Positions 1 to 9,719 of a stretch of DNA of 64,000 nucleotides are shown here, in pieces. Under the pieces are notes generated by a model. The model had not been told where the DNA came from. It saw nothing but the letters and a program-made list of their open reading frames with translations, and searched no databases. The stretch's first letter is position 1; each line of letters opens with the position of its first letter. The stretch comes from a virus. Lineage: Duplodnaviria > Heunggongvirae > Uroviricota > Caudoviricetes. The stretch is taken from the IMG/VR virus record IMGVR_UViG_3300012663_000707, positions 6,897 to 70,896 of that record; one strand, written 5' to 3'. The translations under genes and the position numbers were made by a program.

Positions 1-549
1 TTCTATTAGATTACAAAGTGCAATATAGGACCATCTTTCATACGCCACTGCTTTTTGGTTCATTTTTAATTGTGGTATGTATTGTCTAATTGCAAAATCA
101 TAACCGAACTGCATTAAGAACTTCTTTGCACTTTCATATGTAAATCCATTAATAGGACCTTGTAACTTTGCATTCTCTGCAGTTTTACCAGATCTTTGTT
201 TCTTTATAAAACCCTCTTTTTGTTTATAAATAGCGTCTAATAATTCAATCCTTACTTTTGAAGGTAATAGATTTAAATTAATACCAACATCGTTCTTTTG
301 GTCGCTAGGATTCAGTGCTAATACTACTGGATGTCTATCCCACCAAGGTAACTCTTCTTTATGCTTAGGTTTCATATAATTAAAGACATAGATCATACCA
401 GGTTTAAAAGGTTTCCTAACACTGGCAACTGTATTGTCTTTTAATTTTGCAGCGCCACGCTCAAACCAACCTTCTGCTTCTTTTATTGCAGCGGCTCTAC
501 TACCGTGCTTTTTAAAAAGTTCTTGTATTTCGTCTTTAATTACGCCCAT
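1..549 (-). CDS. hypothetical protein, N-terminal 183 codons (ATG at 549; C-terminus runs off window start)
   Basis: Manual reverse-complement translation gives an uninterrupted frame MGVIKDEIQELFKKHGSRAAAIKEAEGWFERG... to position 1. It is co-oriented with and abuts the downstream gene. It is absent from the ORF track because no stop codon lies inside the window. Confidence 0.45.
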   Translation of the reverse strand, partial: MGVIKDEIQELFKKHGSRAAAIKEAEGWFERGAAKLKDNTVASVRKPFKPGMIYVFNYMKPKHKEELPWWDRHPVVLALNPSDQKNDVGINLNLLPSKVRIELLDAIYKQKEGFIKKQRSGKTAENAKLQGPINGFTYESAKKFLMQFGYDFAIRQYIPQLKMNQKAVAYERWSYIALCNLIE

Positions 550-550
550 T

Positions 551-1024
551 TTACTTCAATGATTTTTCAGTTAATACAATAAACCGCCAACCGCGGTTTG
601 AAGCATAAGCCTTTGCATATCCATATTTATCTCGGTTTCTAACATACTGTTCTGCAAGATATTTATAAGATTCCAATGCCTTCTTTGAATTTTTCATTGG
701 AGGTACTGGTTTCTTAATCTGTGCTTCTGGTTTTATTTCAACTAGAAACTCTTCAACTCCATCTTCAGTTTTAGTTTTCATATAGAAGTCTGGATAATAA
801 GTATGTTCCTTTTGATCTATTGAAGAGATGTATTTAACTTGAACTGGTTCACTAGCCCATGCAACAACTTTTTCTTTAGTGTCACACATAATCATAAACT
901 TACGTTCCCATGAACTTCTATAAATGATAGGTGTTGTACCTATGTACTTCTCTGGATTCTTAGGATTATAATAGCCTTGAATAAATCCACTTTTTGTAGT
1001 AGGTTTAACCTTCTTTATAGACAT
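551..1024 (-). CDS. PD-(D/E)XK-type nuclease-like protein (TnsA/restriction-endonuclease fold candidate)
   Basis: 157 aa; motif YYPDFY...VEIKP fits a PD-x(n)-E-x-K catalytic signature. Tightly packed in the operon with the upstream gene. Confidence 0.4.
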   Translation of the reverse strand: MSIKKVKPTTKSGFIQGYYNPKNPEKYIGTTPIIYRSSWERKFMIMCDTKEKVVAWASEPVQVKYISSIDQKEHTYYPDFYMKTKTEDGVEEFLVEIKPEAQIKKPVPPMKNSKKALESYKYLAEQYVRNRDKYGYAKAYASNRGWRFIVLTEKSLK

Positions 1025-1026
1025 TC

Positions 1027-1398
1027 TTAGATATTGAACATGCCACCATCATTATCACCTGTGTTGATACGATCGATTGACATTGTATTTTTATATTTTA
1101 CCGGGTGGATTTTATTCCAACCTTTAGCATAACCTCGTTTTGCGATCTCTGTAAAATATGCAAATGCGTTTGTGTACTTTGGATTAAAACCTCTCCAGTA
1201 TTTTAATAAATCCAATAAAGCGAATTGTAGACAATCTTGTCGATCGTCATTGTTTACGTAGCTTAATTTGTTAATTGCCTTTTCAGCTAGTAAGATTAAC
1301 ATCTTTTCTGCTTCAGGTGTAAGTTTATTCTGCTCAATAGACAATACGATCTGATCGTATAAATCTTTGTTATTCAGGTATTGTTTTTTTCTAGCCAC
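1027..1398 (-). CDS. T4 gp55-like late-transcription sigma factor
   Basis: 123 aa; YxNNKxLYxxI N-terminus and central TNAFAYFTEIAKRGY block resemble gp55-family late sigma factors. Apparent GTG start at 1398. Confidence 0.65.
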   Translation of the reverse strand: MARKKQYLNNKDLYDQIVLSIEQNKLTPEAEKMLILLAEKAINKLSYVNNDDRQDCLQFALLDLLKYWRGFNPKYTNAFAYFTEIAKRGYAKGWNKIHPVKYKNTMSIDRINTGDNDGGMFNI

Positions 1399-1422
1399 TT
1401 TATGTGTTGTTAATGTATTTAG

Positions 1423-1430
1423 TATTTATA
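1423..1430 (-). promoter_or_regulatory. TATAAATA (T4 late-promoter consensus) on the minus strand, about 35 nt upstream of the gp55-like gene
   Basis: Plus-strand tatttata at 1423-1430 is TATAAATA on the coding strand, directly after a hairpin terminator. Confidence 0.35.
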
Positions 1431-1433
1431 TGC

Positions 1434-1464
1434 AAAAAAACCCGTCTGTTTCCAAACGGGTTCC
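1434..1464 (-). terminator. rho-independent terminator-like hairpin downstream of 1485..2675
   Basis: Minus strand reads AACCCGTTTGGAAACAGACGGGTT followed by TTTTTTTGC. Confidence 0.5.
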
Positions 1465-1484
1465 TTATATTAATTTAGTGTGAG

Positions 1485-2675
1485 TTACACAGTTTCTGTA
1501 GAAGGCATTTCAATTCTAAATTTCTCAACTCTTACTGGATTGTCTTGAATGAAAACTGTTAAAATATCTTCTTTACCTGCTGAAGTATAATCTAAGGCAT
1601 CTACTTTAATTTCAGTACCTGTAGCATATTCTTCAATTTTAGTATTTAGGAATGCAGTGATAAAACCATCGTTTCTAGTTAGATTTTCTTCTTCTTCTAA
1701 ACCTTGGATTTCAGTACTAATCTTATTGATTTCTTCATCGATCAACAAATCTGCTGCTTTAATAGAAGGGATTGTTTTATTTGCTTCAGCTAATCTACCT
1801 TTTTGATCTTTCAAGAACGAAATCATTTCGTAACGCATGTCGATCTGACCTTGACGGTTAGCTGTCTTGCTTTTAAAGTGTTCTAAGATGTCTTCAACCA
1901 TGAAAGATACATCTACACCAGTCTGTTCAGCAACGTAATCTACGACAAGATCTGCATGCATCTTCTTGAATGTAGAAAGCTTAGTTGCTTCATTAATTCT
2001 GTATACGAAGATATTGTTTTCTGATCTCATTGTCAAAACCTTAACATTTTCATCAATTGATTCTGTTAAGAATTCTAAACGTACAAACTTATTAAAGTTC
2101 TTTGCTGCATATTCAAATAAATTTAAAAGATTTTTATCTTCATATTTAATTGCTGCCATTGCAAATGCATGTTCAGTTAAACCGAAATCAGATACAAAAG
2201 CATCTGCGATTTCTCTACTGCCCATAAAGAATTTGTTATCTTCTGCAACATATTTAAAATGAATAGCCAACGGGCCATTTTTAAATTCTTGAATTGCACC
2301 TTCAGTAAGTTTGATTTCATTCTCAACTTCTGGTAAAGCATTAACTTTATTCTGTAAAGATAGTTCTTTTTTAGTTTCTGTTAAGAAGCTTAACTTTTCT
2401 TCAAGTTTAAACATCTTCTCTAGATTTTTAACCGCAGTTTCATCTACTTTAGTGATTTGCGATTTTCTGTTCCAATCATAATAGAATTCAATACCATTTT
2501 CGTTGATCGTAAATGTTTTACTAGCTTCTACTAATGCATTAAATTCAGGTGTGATATTAACGAACTCCTGGATATGATTACCGGTCATTTTAAAGTTTTG
2601 ACCAGCAGCATGGAATACATATCCATGACCATGTTCCATTACAGGTGAGATCGTATATTTTTTAACTTCTGCCAT
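1485..2675 (-). CDS. hypothetical protein (396 aa), possibly virion-associated
   Basis: Long ORF in the operon; no recognisable catalytic motif. Confidence 0.5.
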   Translation of the reverse strand: MAEVKKYTISPVMEHGHGYVFHAAGQNFKMTGNHIQEFVNITPEFNALVEASKTFTINENGIEFYYDWNRKSQITKVDETAVKNLEKMFKLEEKLSFLTETKKELSLQNKVNALPEVENEIKLTEGAIQEFKNGPLAIHFKYVAEDNKFFMGSREIADAFVSDFGLTEHAFAMAAIKYEDKNLLNLFEYAAKNFNKFVRLEFLTESIDENVKVLTMRSENNIFVYRINEATKLSTFKKMHADLVVDYVAEQTGVDVSFMVEDILEHFKSKTANRQGQIDMRYEMISFLKDQKGRLAEANKTIPSIKAADLLIDEEINKISTEIQGLEEEENLTRNDGFITAFLNTKIEEYATGTEIKVDALDYTSAGKEDILTVFIQDNPVRVEKFRIEMPSTETV

Positions 2676-2713
2676 TTTGGTATATTTTTGTTTTTTATAT
2701 ATATCTTAGTTTT

Positions 2714-3772
2714 TTACTCATTGAACGGTAAGTCTCTACCGGTTACCTTATAGTTGTCTCCTAACAAAGGTTTCTGATTTTCTGAACTCTCTTTAACTAT
2801 ATCCGATGAACCTAATGTAAACATTCTATTAGATTCAGGTCTTCTACGTGAGATTCGCTCAATAAATTCATCTTGTATTGCAGGTTCTACTAGATCACCA
2901 GGTTGAATTACATGGTTTTCTGCAGTCAAAATCCATAATCCCGTGTTGTTACATTCCCAAACACTGTTATTACTAGAGAAATATTTAGTACCTTCAGGTG
3001 CATACGTGATATTGCCGCTTGCATTTGGATCTTCATAAGTTCCAAAAATATTACCGTTAGCGTATGTAGAAATTGTGACTTTCTTATAGATGTCTTCTTC
3101 AAAATCAAATGCTGGAATAAATGAATTTACTTCAATTGAAAAGGTTACTTTATGTGCACCTTTGTCATCAAATCCAAATTCAATAGGTCTCTCTTGTCCG
3201 TAATCATCTGGCATTGCATATTCCGATGCGATTCTATATGTACCGTCTTCAATATGTCCAGCATCAACTTGAAAGTTGTTTGCCTTATACATCTTAGTGA
3301 TTAAAGATTCTGTAACCTTAAACATATCCAGTTGACTTTCTAATAAGATCTCAATATCGATACCGATTACAATTGGAATCATTTGAAACTCAGAAACAAA
3401 GCCTTGTAAATTACCTTCTTCATTAATTCTAGTATAATGACCTAAATTTCGTTTGTTAACTAATTTAGATGGATCTACAGAAAGAGAAGTTAAAGTTACA
3501 ATACCTCTTGGAATCCTATCGTAGTTACCATTTGCTTTACTTGGATCTGGATCACAATTCTCACCATTTAATGTGCTAAACAAAAAGTTATCTCTCATGA
3601 AATTCTCATCACCTGAAATTGAATAATAGAAAGGCACGTCAACGATTACACGTCTATCATTAGTGATCTGCCTAGCAAAACTTAATTTTTTATTTAAGTC
3701 TGCTAGTAGACCAATCAAGATGTGTCTTATAACACTGTCATCTTTATTATATTTTAGGTTGTAAGTTGCCAT
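2714..3772 (-). CDS. hypothetical protein (352 aa), possibly virion-associated
   Basis: Long ORF, co-oriented, abuts the fibre-like gene upstream. Confidence 0.5.
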   Translation of the reverse strand: MATYNLKYNKDDSVIRHILIGLLADLNKKLSFARQITNDRRVIVDVPFYYSISGDENFMRDNFLFSTLNGENCDPDPSKANGNYDRIPRGIVTLTSLSVDPSKLVNKRNLGHYTRINEEGNLQGFVSEFQMIPIVIGIDIEILLESQLDMFKVTESLITKMYKANNFQVDAGHIEDGTYRIASEYAMPDDYGQERPIEFGFDDKGAHKVTFSIEVNSFIPAFDFEEDIYKKVTISTYANGNIFGTYEDPNASGNITYAPEGTKYFSSNNSVWECNNTGLWILTAENHVIQPGDLVEPAIQDEFIERISRRRPESNRMFTLGSSDIVKESSENQKPLLGDNYKVTGRDLPFNE

Positions 3773-3777
3773 ATGTT

Positions 3778-5082
3778 TTAACTAAATGTTAATGAAATTG
3801 GTTGACCAGAAACAAATGATGCTGCTGATGTTACTGTTTGTGTAGCTTGTCCAGTTTGGATAAAAATGAATTCATTTTCAGTATCGACAAGGAATACACC
3901 AGGCGATGTACTCGTATATGTTACAGCATTTGCACCTTGAGTTATAGTTATTGTACCACCATTAGTCGACAATGCTGTAAACTGAGTTGTATAATCTACA
4001 CCAGTACTATCACTTAAATTAAGATAAATTTCATTAGCACCACCTACTTTATTTGGATTAAATGTTTCAGTAACTACATTTTGATTATCTCTGATCAAGA
4101 ATACTGCGTTACCTTGTTGAATTGGTGGCGCTGCATTTAATGCACCTTCATCACTATAGAAGTACCAAGAACCTGATCCTGTTCCACTTGTACCTGAAGT
4201 TCCACTTGTACCTGAAGTTCCACTTGTACCTGAAGTACCATTTCCAGCACCGCTACCAACTATAACATTAATTGAATCTGCATTAGCACCTGTACCCCAT
4301 GTATAAGTATAAGTTCCATCTACAAAACCTACACCTGCTAAAGTTTGATTTCCAAATGTTTGAGTACTTGTAATTTGATCTCCGGTAGTATAACCTACAG
4401 GAACTACTAAATGATGTGGTGGTGCTCCTTGGTAGATAACACCTAATATATCACCACTACTTGAAGTTGAACCAAATCCATTCATTCCTGTTCCAAAATT
4501 AGAAGGAACTGATGTGAATCCCGAATACTCATCATAATATGCTGGAGTTGAACCCATTGCCCACGTTGCAGTATTAATTCCCATACCACCACCACCGAAT
4601 GGCCCGTTATTAGTAGCAACTAGAGTTAAATCATTAATATTAAGTGTACCAGTAGTTGTCATAACAATATCAGATCCAACTTGATCGATAGTTATTGTTA
4701 ATCCACTAGTAGGCGGTGTACCTGAATCTAAACCAAAAGAAGTCCAGAAACCTGCATTGATAAGTGCATTTTTTGCTACTGTTGTATCCGCTGTTGTATA
4801 TGTAGCGTTTAGAAGTTTATTTGCTAAAGTAATAAACGAAGCATCTGTTTTAGCTGGAGATCTCCAAAACCCAACATATGCTGGTTGTCCATCTGCACCC
4901 ATTTGAGGTTGACTAGAAGATCGAGCAACAACATATCCGTTGTCTTCGTCTGGTCCATTCCACCATTTTAAGTTAGTAGCTTCAAAACCACCGGTAGGAT
5001 AACCTACCGCTAGATTTGTAAATTGTTCGGTACCTGCTATATTAGGTCCTAAATTTTTTGTAAAAGGTCTGGCAGTTGCCAT
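3778..5082 (-). CDS. Gly/Thr/Ser-rich repeat protein, fibre-like
   Basis: 434 aa, very Gly/Thr/Ser rich, with a (SGT)n stretch GNGTSGTSGTSGTSGTSGTSGTGSGS encoded by a perfect 18-bp tandem repeat. Confidence 0.55.
   Translation of the reverse strand: MATARPFTKNLGPNIAGTEQFTNLAVGYPTGGFEATNLKWWNGPDEDNGYVVARSSSQPQMGADGQPAYVGFWRSPAKTDASFITLANKLLNATYTTADTTVAKNALINAGFWTSFGLDSGTPPTSGLTITIDQVGSDIVMTTTGTLNINDLTLVATNNGPFGGGGMGINTATWAMGSTPAYYDEYSGFTSVPSNFGTGMNGFGSTSSSGDILGVIYQGAPPHHLVVPVGYTTGDQITSTQTFGNQTLAGVGFVDGTYTYTWGTGANADSINVIVGSGAGNGTSGTSGTSGTSGTSGTSGTGSGSWYFYSDEGALNAAPPIQQGNAVFLIRDNQNVVTETFNPNKVGGANEIYLNLSDSTGVDYTTQFTALSTNGGTITITQGANAVTYTSTSPGVFLVDTENEFIFIQTGQATQTVTSAASFVSGQPISLTFS
4180..4233. repeat. 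perfect 18-bp tandem repeat x3 (gttccacttgtacctgaa) inside the fibre-like gene
   Basis: Seen directly in the sequence; encodes the (SGT) repeats. Confidence 0.85.
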
Positions 5083-5107
5083 AATTCTAATGCTTTATTT
5101 TTAATGA

Positions 5108-6487
5108 TTATAAGTATCTTGATGCCATTCTCTTCCAGTTCGATAGACCTGCTAGTTTAAAACCTGCAGCTTTTACGAATGTTCTCATTGAGATGTCTTT
5201 TGCTTCTTTCATGAATTCAAAGATCTCCTCTTTGTCTGCTATCGGCAATTCTCTTGGCTCTAAATGAGGTAGAAGGATTTTCATACGTTCCATTAATGTA
5301 GCATCATCTGGATCTACGTCAATTAAGATTGATCTTGATCTGATTGCTCCATCTGGATCTGCTACGTCTTTCTTCAAGTTTGAGATGAAGATTACACGAC
5401 CTGCAAATTCAAAATAAGCTGGTACTAAACCTGACTCAAGTGCATTAAATTCTGCTTCTGGATTATCTGCAACATCCAATGGATCAAATACAATTGAAGA
5501 TTTCTTTAACCAACTGATTTTTCTAATCTTCTTAGTATCTAGGGCTGCTTTTAGCATGTTTCTACCATTCTCATCACGGAATACAGAATCACAGTCATCA
5601 AAGATAAGTGTTTTATTTCTGTATTGGTACATTTTCTTGTACATCATGATTGGTGAAACCGCACCAGAAACTATGATATAGTCATCTTCATCGATTAGAC
5701 CTTCGTCTTGCATTGCTCTTTCAACGTTGAAAGTTTTACCAGTACCTGCACGACCAGAGATAAACAATGAGTTGAATGCTCCAGCAGCAACTCTTCTTGA
5801 GATTTGGTAAATATCTTCCATAGTCTCTTCAAAGAATTTAACTTTATCTGTTAAAGTCAATTCATTTTCTTGTTCAGCTTTACCTGGTGCTTCAGTAGCA
5901 CTTAAGTTTCTCTTTAATTTTACGATTGCTCTATATGGAATGCTTAGTTCTTCTGCAATTTGTGTTGCAGGAGTACCAGATGCTAACATAGATTCAACTT
6001 GCTTAAGTTCTGGTTTGCTAAAATTGTATTTGCTTGATTCTTCAACAGCATCATAAGCCTCAGTAACTGAAGCAGCATAACTTTTATCATTTACCATTAA
6101 GATAAATTCATTTACTAATGATACGATTGGGAAATTGTCTGAACTTACACTAAAATCTACTCTACCAGATGCATGATCCGCTGAGTATTCTAATGCACCA
6201 ACTAATCCAGGAACTCCTGGCATTGTTCCAGTTACTCTGAATGCTGCATCACTTTTATTTGAGTAAAAAATAATACCTTCGGTACTAATTCCATCAACAG
6301 TATAATAAACTGTGAATGGGAATTTCTTAAAGTCTAGACTAGTCTTCTTGTTAATAAAACTTGCAATTGCATCTGCAGCTTTATCTAATCTTGGATTGAT
6401 GTCTACTGTTTTAGCTTCGTTAATAAAGCTTTCAAAATCTAAAATTTTCATGTTATTATTGGGTGTTTGTTTTCTTTTATATATCAC
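5108..6487 (-). CDS. AAA+ family ATPase with CTS-like N-terminus
   Basis: Walker A FISGRAGTGKTF, Walker B-like LIFDDCD, and IRSRSILIDVD (arginine finger/sensor). N-terminus reads MKILDFESFINEAKT when read from the internal Met. Confidence 0.6.
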   Translation of the reverse strand: MIYKRKQTPNNNMKILDFESFINEAKTVDINPRLDKAADAIASFINKKTSLDFKKFPFTVYYTVDGISTEGIIFYSNKSDAAFRVTGTMPGVPGLVGALEYSADHASGRVDFSVSSDNFPIVSLVNEFILMVNDKSYAASVTEAYDAVEESSKYNFSKPELKQVESMLASGTPATQIAEELSIPYRAIVKLKRNLSATEAPGKAEQENELTLTDKVKFFEETMEDIYQISRRVAAGAFNSLFISGRAGTGKTFNVERAMQDEGLIDEDDYIIVSGAVSPIMMYKKMYQYRNKTLIFDDCDSVFRDENGRNMLKAALDTKKIRKISWLKKSSIVFDPLDVADNPEAEFNALESGLVPAYFEFAGRVIFISNLKKDVADPDGAIRSRSILIDVDPDDATLMERMKILLPHLEPRELPIADKEEIFEFMKEAKDISMRTFVKAAGFKLAGLSNWKRMASRYL

Positions 6488-6495
6488 CCAAAAAA

Positions 6496-8166
6496 TTACT
6501 CTATATTTTCAATAGTAAACTTAGAAAAGCCGTTTTCACGGTAGATTTGAATCTTTTTATCGAAGATCTCATGTGGCAACACTGTATGGTTAATTACAAA
6601 CGTGTTGATCTTGTTTTCTTTGATCACTTGATTTAAGATTTTAAGCATATTGTAGATACCATCGTGATCTACTGAACTAAGCAATTCATCTAGGAACAAT
6701 AAGTTCAATTGTGGGAATCTCAGTTTCAATATTTTGATAATTGCGATCACAATAATGAAGTCTGCTTTCTTACGTTCTCCAGTTGAAAGTGTAAGTGGAT
6801 TAATATCTTCGCCTAAGTGATTGATGATACAGTTAAACTTCTCATCAAATCTAATATGGAATGGTAAGTGCATGGTTTGACCCATTGCAGCAATATTTGC
6901 ATTTAAACCTGGTAAGATCGTTTTAACTGCAAGATTCTTTACACCATCTTCACCTAAAACTTGTTCCACTATTTCCATGAAATTATAGTCAGATGAGATT
7001 GTATCTTTCTTATTAGATTTTTCAGATTCGCTCTCTTCAAATTCTTCGATAAGAGTTTTAAGGTGATCAAACTGACCATCAGTAGCATCGTTCTTAATTT
7101 TTAGCAACTCATTCTTTAGAGTTTGCATATTGTATTTAATATCGGATGCTCTATCCGTGATCGATTTCTTCTGCTTTTTTAACTCTTCAGCAGCATCATG
7201 GATTGAATCCATCTCAGTTTTATAGATTCTAATCTGATCAGTATCTTCTGCTATCTTTTTAGTAAACTGGTCTTTCTGTTCAATATGCCATTCTGAATCC
7301 AGATGCGTTTCACATGTTGGACATTGACCTGCTTGGTAAAGATCTAGCTTTTTCTTAAGGTGCTCGATCTCATGTTTAAGTGAACTAGCATCATTTCTAA
7401 CATCTTCATAAGATTCTTTCTTAAGTGCAAGTTCAGTATCTAACTGATCCATCTCAGCTTTCATAGACTTAGCAGTATCATTTAATTCTACTAAGCTATT
7501 TTTAAGCTCATCAATTTTATCTTTATTCTTTTGTGAAGATTCTTCTAATAAAGTATTTAATTTATGGCGAACTGATTTAATGGATTCCATGATCTGATTT
7601 AACTCAGATTCATAAGTGTCCATATCCATCTTTAAGATCCTTCTCTCATTCTTAATAAAGGTCTGCATATCATTCAAGATAGAAAAGCCAAACATCTTAT
7701 CGATGATTTGCTTTTTATCAGAAGGTGACATTGTCAAAAAAGATTTAAAATCGTTAATTGACAATATGATGATATTTTTAAATACGTGGTATGGAATCCC
7801 AAACACCTCTTCTTCAAGGTAATCTTGTACTGACTTTTTACCAGCACGATCATATTCAACTCCGTTGATTAACACAGAGAATTTATTAGGCATTAAGCCT
7901 CTTTCGATTTCAACATTAATAGTTCCGCATTGAACTCCGATCTTAACCCAAAGTTCTTTGTTGATTCTATTCGGTAAGTCTGAAAGCTTTACACCTTCTA
8001 CTTTACCATACAATGCATATATAATTGCATTTGCGATAGTGGTTTTACCATCGCCATTTTTGCCTAACGTTAAGAAAAGTTCAGATTTGTCCTGATCGAA
8101 TGTTAGTTTTTGTTTTTGATTCCCGTATGATGCGAAATTCTTGAACTCTATGTAGTCTATTCTCAT
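6496..8166 (-). CDS. sbcC: SbcC/Rad50-family recombination ATPase (T4 gp46-like)
   Basis: Walker A GKNGDGKTT, coiled-coil middle with CPTC zinc hook, ABC signature LSTGERKK, Walker B LLFLDE, H-loop INHT. Confidence 0.85.
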   Translation of the reverse strand: MRIDYIEFKNFASYGNQKQKLTFDQDKSELFLTLGKNGDGKTTIANAIIYALYGKVEGVKLSDLPNRINKELWVKIGVQCGTINVEIERGLMPNKFSVLINGVEYDRAGKKSVQDYLEEEVFGIPYHVFKNIIILSINDFKSFLTMSPSDKKQIIDKMFGFSILNDMQTFIKNERRILKMDMDTYESELNQIMESIKSVRHKLNTLLEESSQKNKDKIDELKNSLVELNDTAKSMKAEMDQLDTELALKKESYEDVRNDASSLKHEIEHLKKKLDLYQAGQCPTCETHLDSEWHIEQKDQFTKKIAEDTDQIRIYKTEMDSIHDAAEELKKQKKSITDRASDIKYNMQTLKNELLKIKNDATDGQFDHLKTLIEEFEESESEKSNKKDTISSDYNFMEIVEQVLGEDGVKNLAVKTILPGLNANIAAMGQTMHLPFHIRFDEKFNCIINHLGEDINPLTLSTGERKKADFIIVIAIIKILKLRFPQLNLLFLDELLSSVDHDGIYNMLKILNQVIKENKINTFVINHTVLPHEIFDKKIQIYRENGFSKFTIENIE

Positions 8167-9278
8167 TGCTCAATATCATAATTATAAGCACATTGCGTGT
8201 ATAGTTGTTTTAGCTTCTGTTTAAGCTTTTGTTTCACTTCGTCATCAACTTGAATGCCATCTACATAAACATTACATAAATTTAAAATATTGTAATTCTT
8301 GTACATCTCTTCGATTGCATCAATGTCATGGAAGTCTCTATCTATAAAGTTCTCTTCTTGATAGATGTTTGGTTCTAACTTTCTACTAATATGCTGGATT
8401 TTACCAACCAATTGAGATAGTGCGTTTGATGTTGCAATTTGACTTGGTACATACAGATCCACAAAGTTATTTCTAATCTGCTCCTTAAATTTACCTAATG
8501 GCATTTCAAAGAGTTGTGTGATGTTGTATTTTAAAAACTTAGGAGATGCATGATTCTCAAAGAAAGTCTCATGCATGGTCTCTAAATCAACCAGGTCGAA
8601 ACCTTTAGCATTGTTAGCATCTGATCTTGTTAATTGATATGGAGTTCCTACCATTAGCAATCTACCTCTTTCTTGTCTATAATGAATATGACCGCTATAA
8701 ACTCTAGTGTATTTTGTATAGATGTTGCTATCTGTACCGTGTTCATTCTTTACCTTTGAGTTCAAATAAATACCTTTAACTTCTGAGTGACAGAATACTA
8801 TTTCTGCAGTTGGATAATTAGCCAATGTTTCTGCTTCATGATCTGAATCTCGTCTCCAAGGCATCATTAAGATCTTTCTACCGGACCAAGTTATAAGTTC
8901 TGGTTCTTTATATATTTGCACATTTGGGATCCACTTTAACGTATCAATTGATGTGATTTCATTTGACTTTTTAGCCCAAATGTCATGGTTACCGCAAATA
9001 ATATGAACTGGCAGAATCTTACCTAATCTTTCAAATAGATCTACTGCATAATTTAGAACCTTAATATTAATAGATTGTCGGTTATCAAACGTGTCTCCAA
9101 CTTGAACCAAGACATCTCCTGGTTGTACATTCTTTACTAAATTAGGTATGAATACCTTTTCAAAGAATTCTTGTTGAATTTCTAGCCATTCTTGTGAATT
9201 AGCTCGTACGCCAAAATGTAGGTCTCCTAGGACCCACACTCTTTTAGCACCTGCTTTGATTACCTTTGCTTCTATCAT
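8163..9278 (-). CDS. sbcD: SbcD/Mre11-family nuclease (T4 gp47-like)
   Basis: Calcineurin-like phosphoesterase motifs VLGDLHFG, GDTFDN, GNHD. Overlaps sbcC by 4 nt. Confidence 0.85.
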   Translation of the reverse strand: MIEAKVIKAGAKRVWVLGDLHFGVRANSQEWLEIQQEFFEKVFIPNLVKNVQPGDVLVQVGDTFDNRQSINIKVLNYAVDLFERLGKILPVHIICGNHDIWAKKSNEITSIDTLKWIPNVQIYKEPELITWSGRKILMMPWRRDSDHEAETLANYPTAEIVFCHSEVKGIYLNSKVKNEHGTDSNIYTKYTRVYSGHIHYRQERGRLLMVGTPYQLTRSDANNAKGFDLVDLETMHETFFENHASPKFLKYNITQLFEMPLGKFKEQIRNNFVDLYVPSQIATSNALSQLVGKIQHISRKLEPNIYQEENFIDRDFHDIDAIEEMYKNYNILNLCNVYVDGIQVDDEVKQKLKQKLKQLYTQCAYNYDIEQ

Positions 9279-9280
9279 TA

Positions 9281-9718
9281 TTAGAATAATTTTTTAATGT
9301 TCTTTTTCTGTAAGATTCCAGTTCTAATATCCAATTCTTGGATTAGATCTTCTTTGTACACGTTTGATAATGAGCTATAAAACTTGTCGGCTTTAATGTC
9401 AAAATAAATGCATAATTCTGAGAATACATCGATGCGGCTATATTTAGCAACCATCTCATCGATTATGAAACCATAGATTTCATTGATGTCTGCTTTCTTA
9501 AGTTTTGTACATCTGCCTAGATCGTCAACATCATTAAATGATTTGAATCTAGAACCTTGTACTAGTGAATGGATTTGTCTAGCGATCATATCAAAATGGA
9601 TCCTATCCTCTTCGTCCATGCTACCTCTAAAATCTGATTCTACCTCAAAACTCATGTTTGGGTTTACATCATATTCAGGTGCATCGAAACTGTTGTTAAA
9701 AATTTTGTCGTGTGCCAT
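9281..9718 (-). CDS. hypothetical protein (145 aa)
   Basis: ORF in the operon between sbcD and the helicase. Confidence 0.45.
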   Translation of the reverse strand: MAHDKIFNNSFDAPEYDVNPNMSFEVESDFRGSMDEEDRIHFDMIARQIHSLVQGSRFKSFNDVDDLGRCTKLKKADINEIYGFIIDEMVAKYSRIDVFSELCIYFDIKADKFYSSLSNVYKEDLIQELDIRTGILQKKNIKKLF

Positions 9719-9719
9719 T

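Noticed and set aside
5108-6487. AAA+ ATPase as the gp44/62 clamp loader
   Set aside because: Lacks the RFC-box arrangement (no SRC motif, atypical Walker B) and has a roughly 240-aa unrelated N-terminal domain with a CTS-like start. Kept as a generic AAA+ ATPase.
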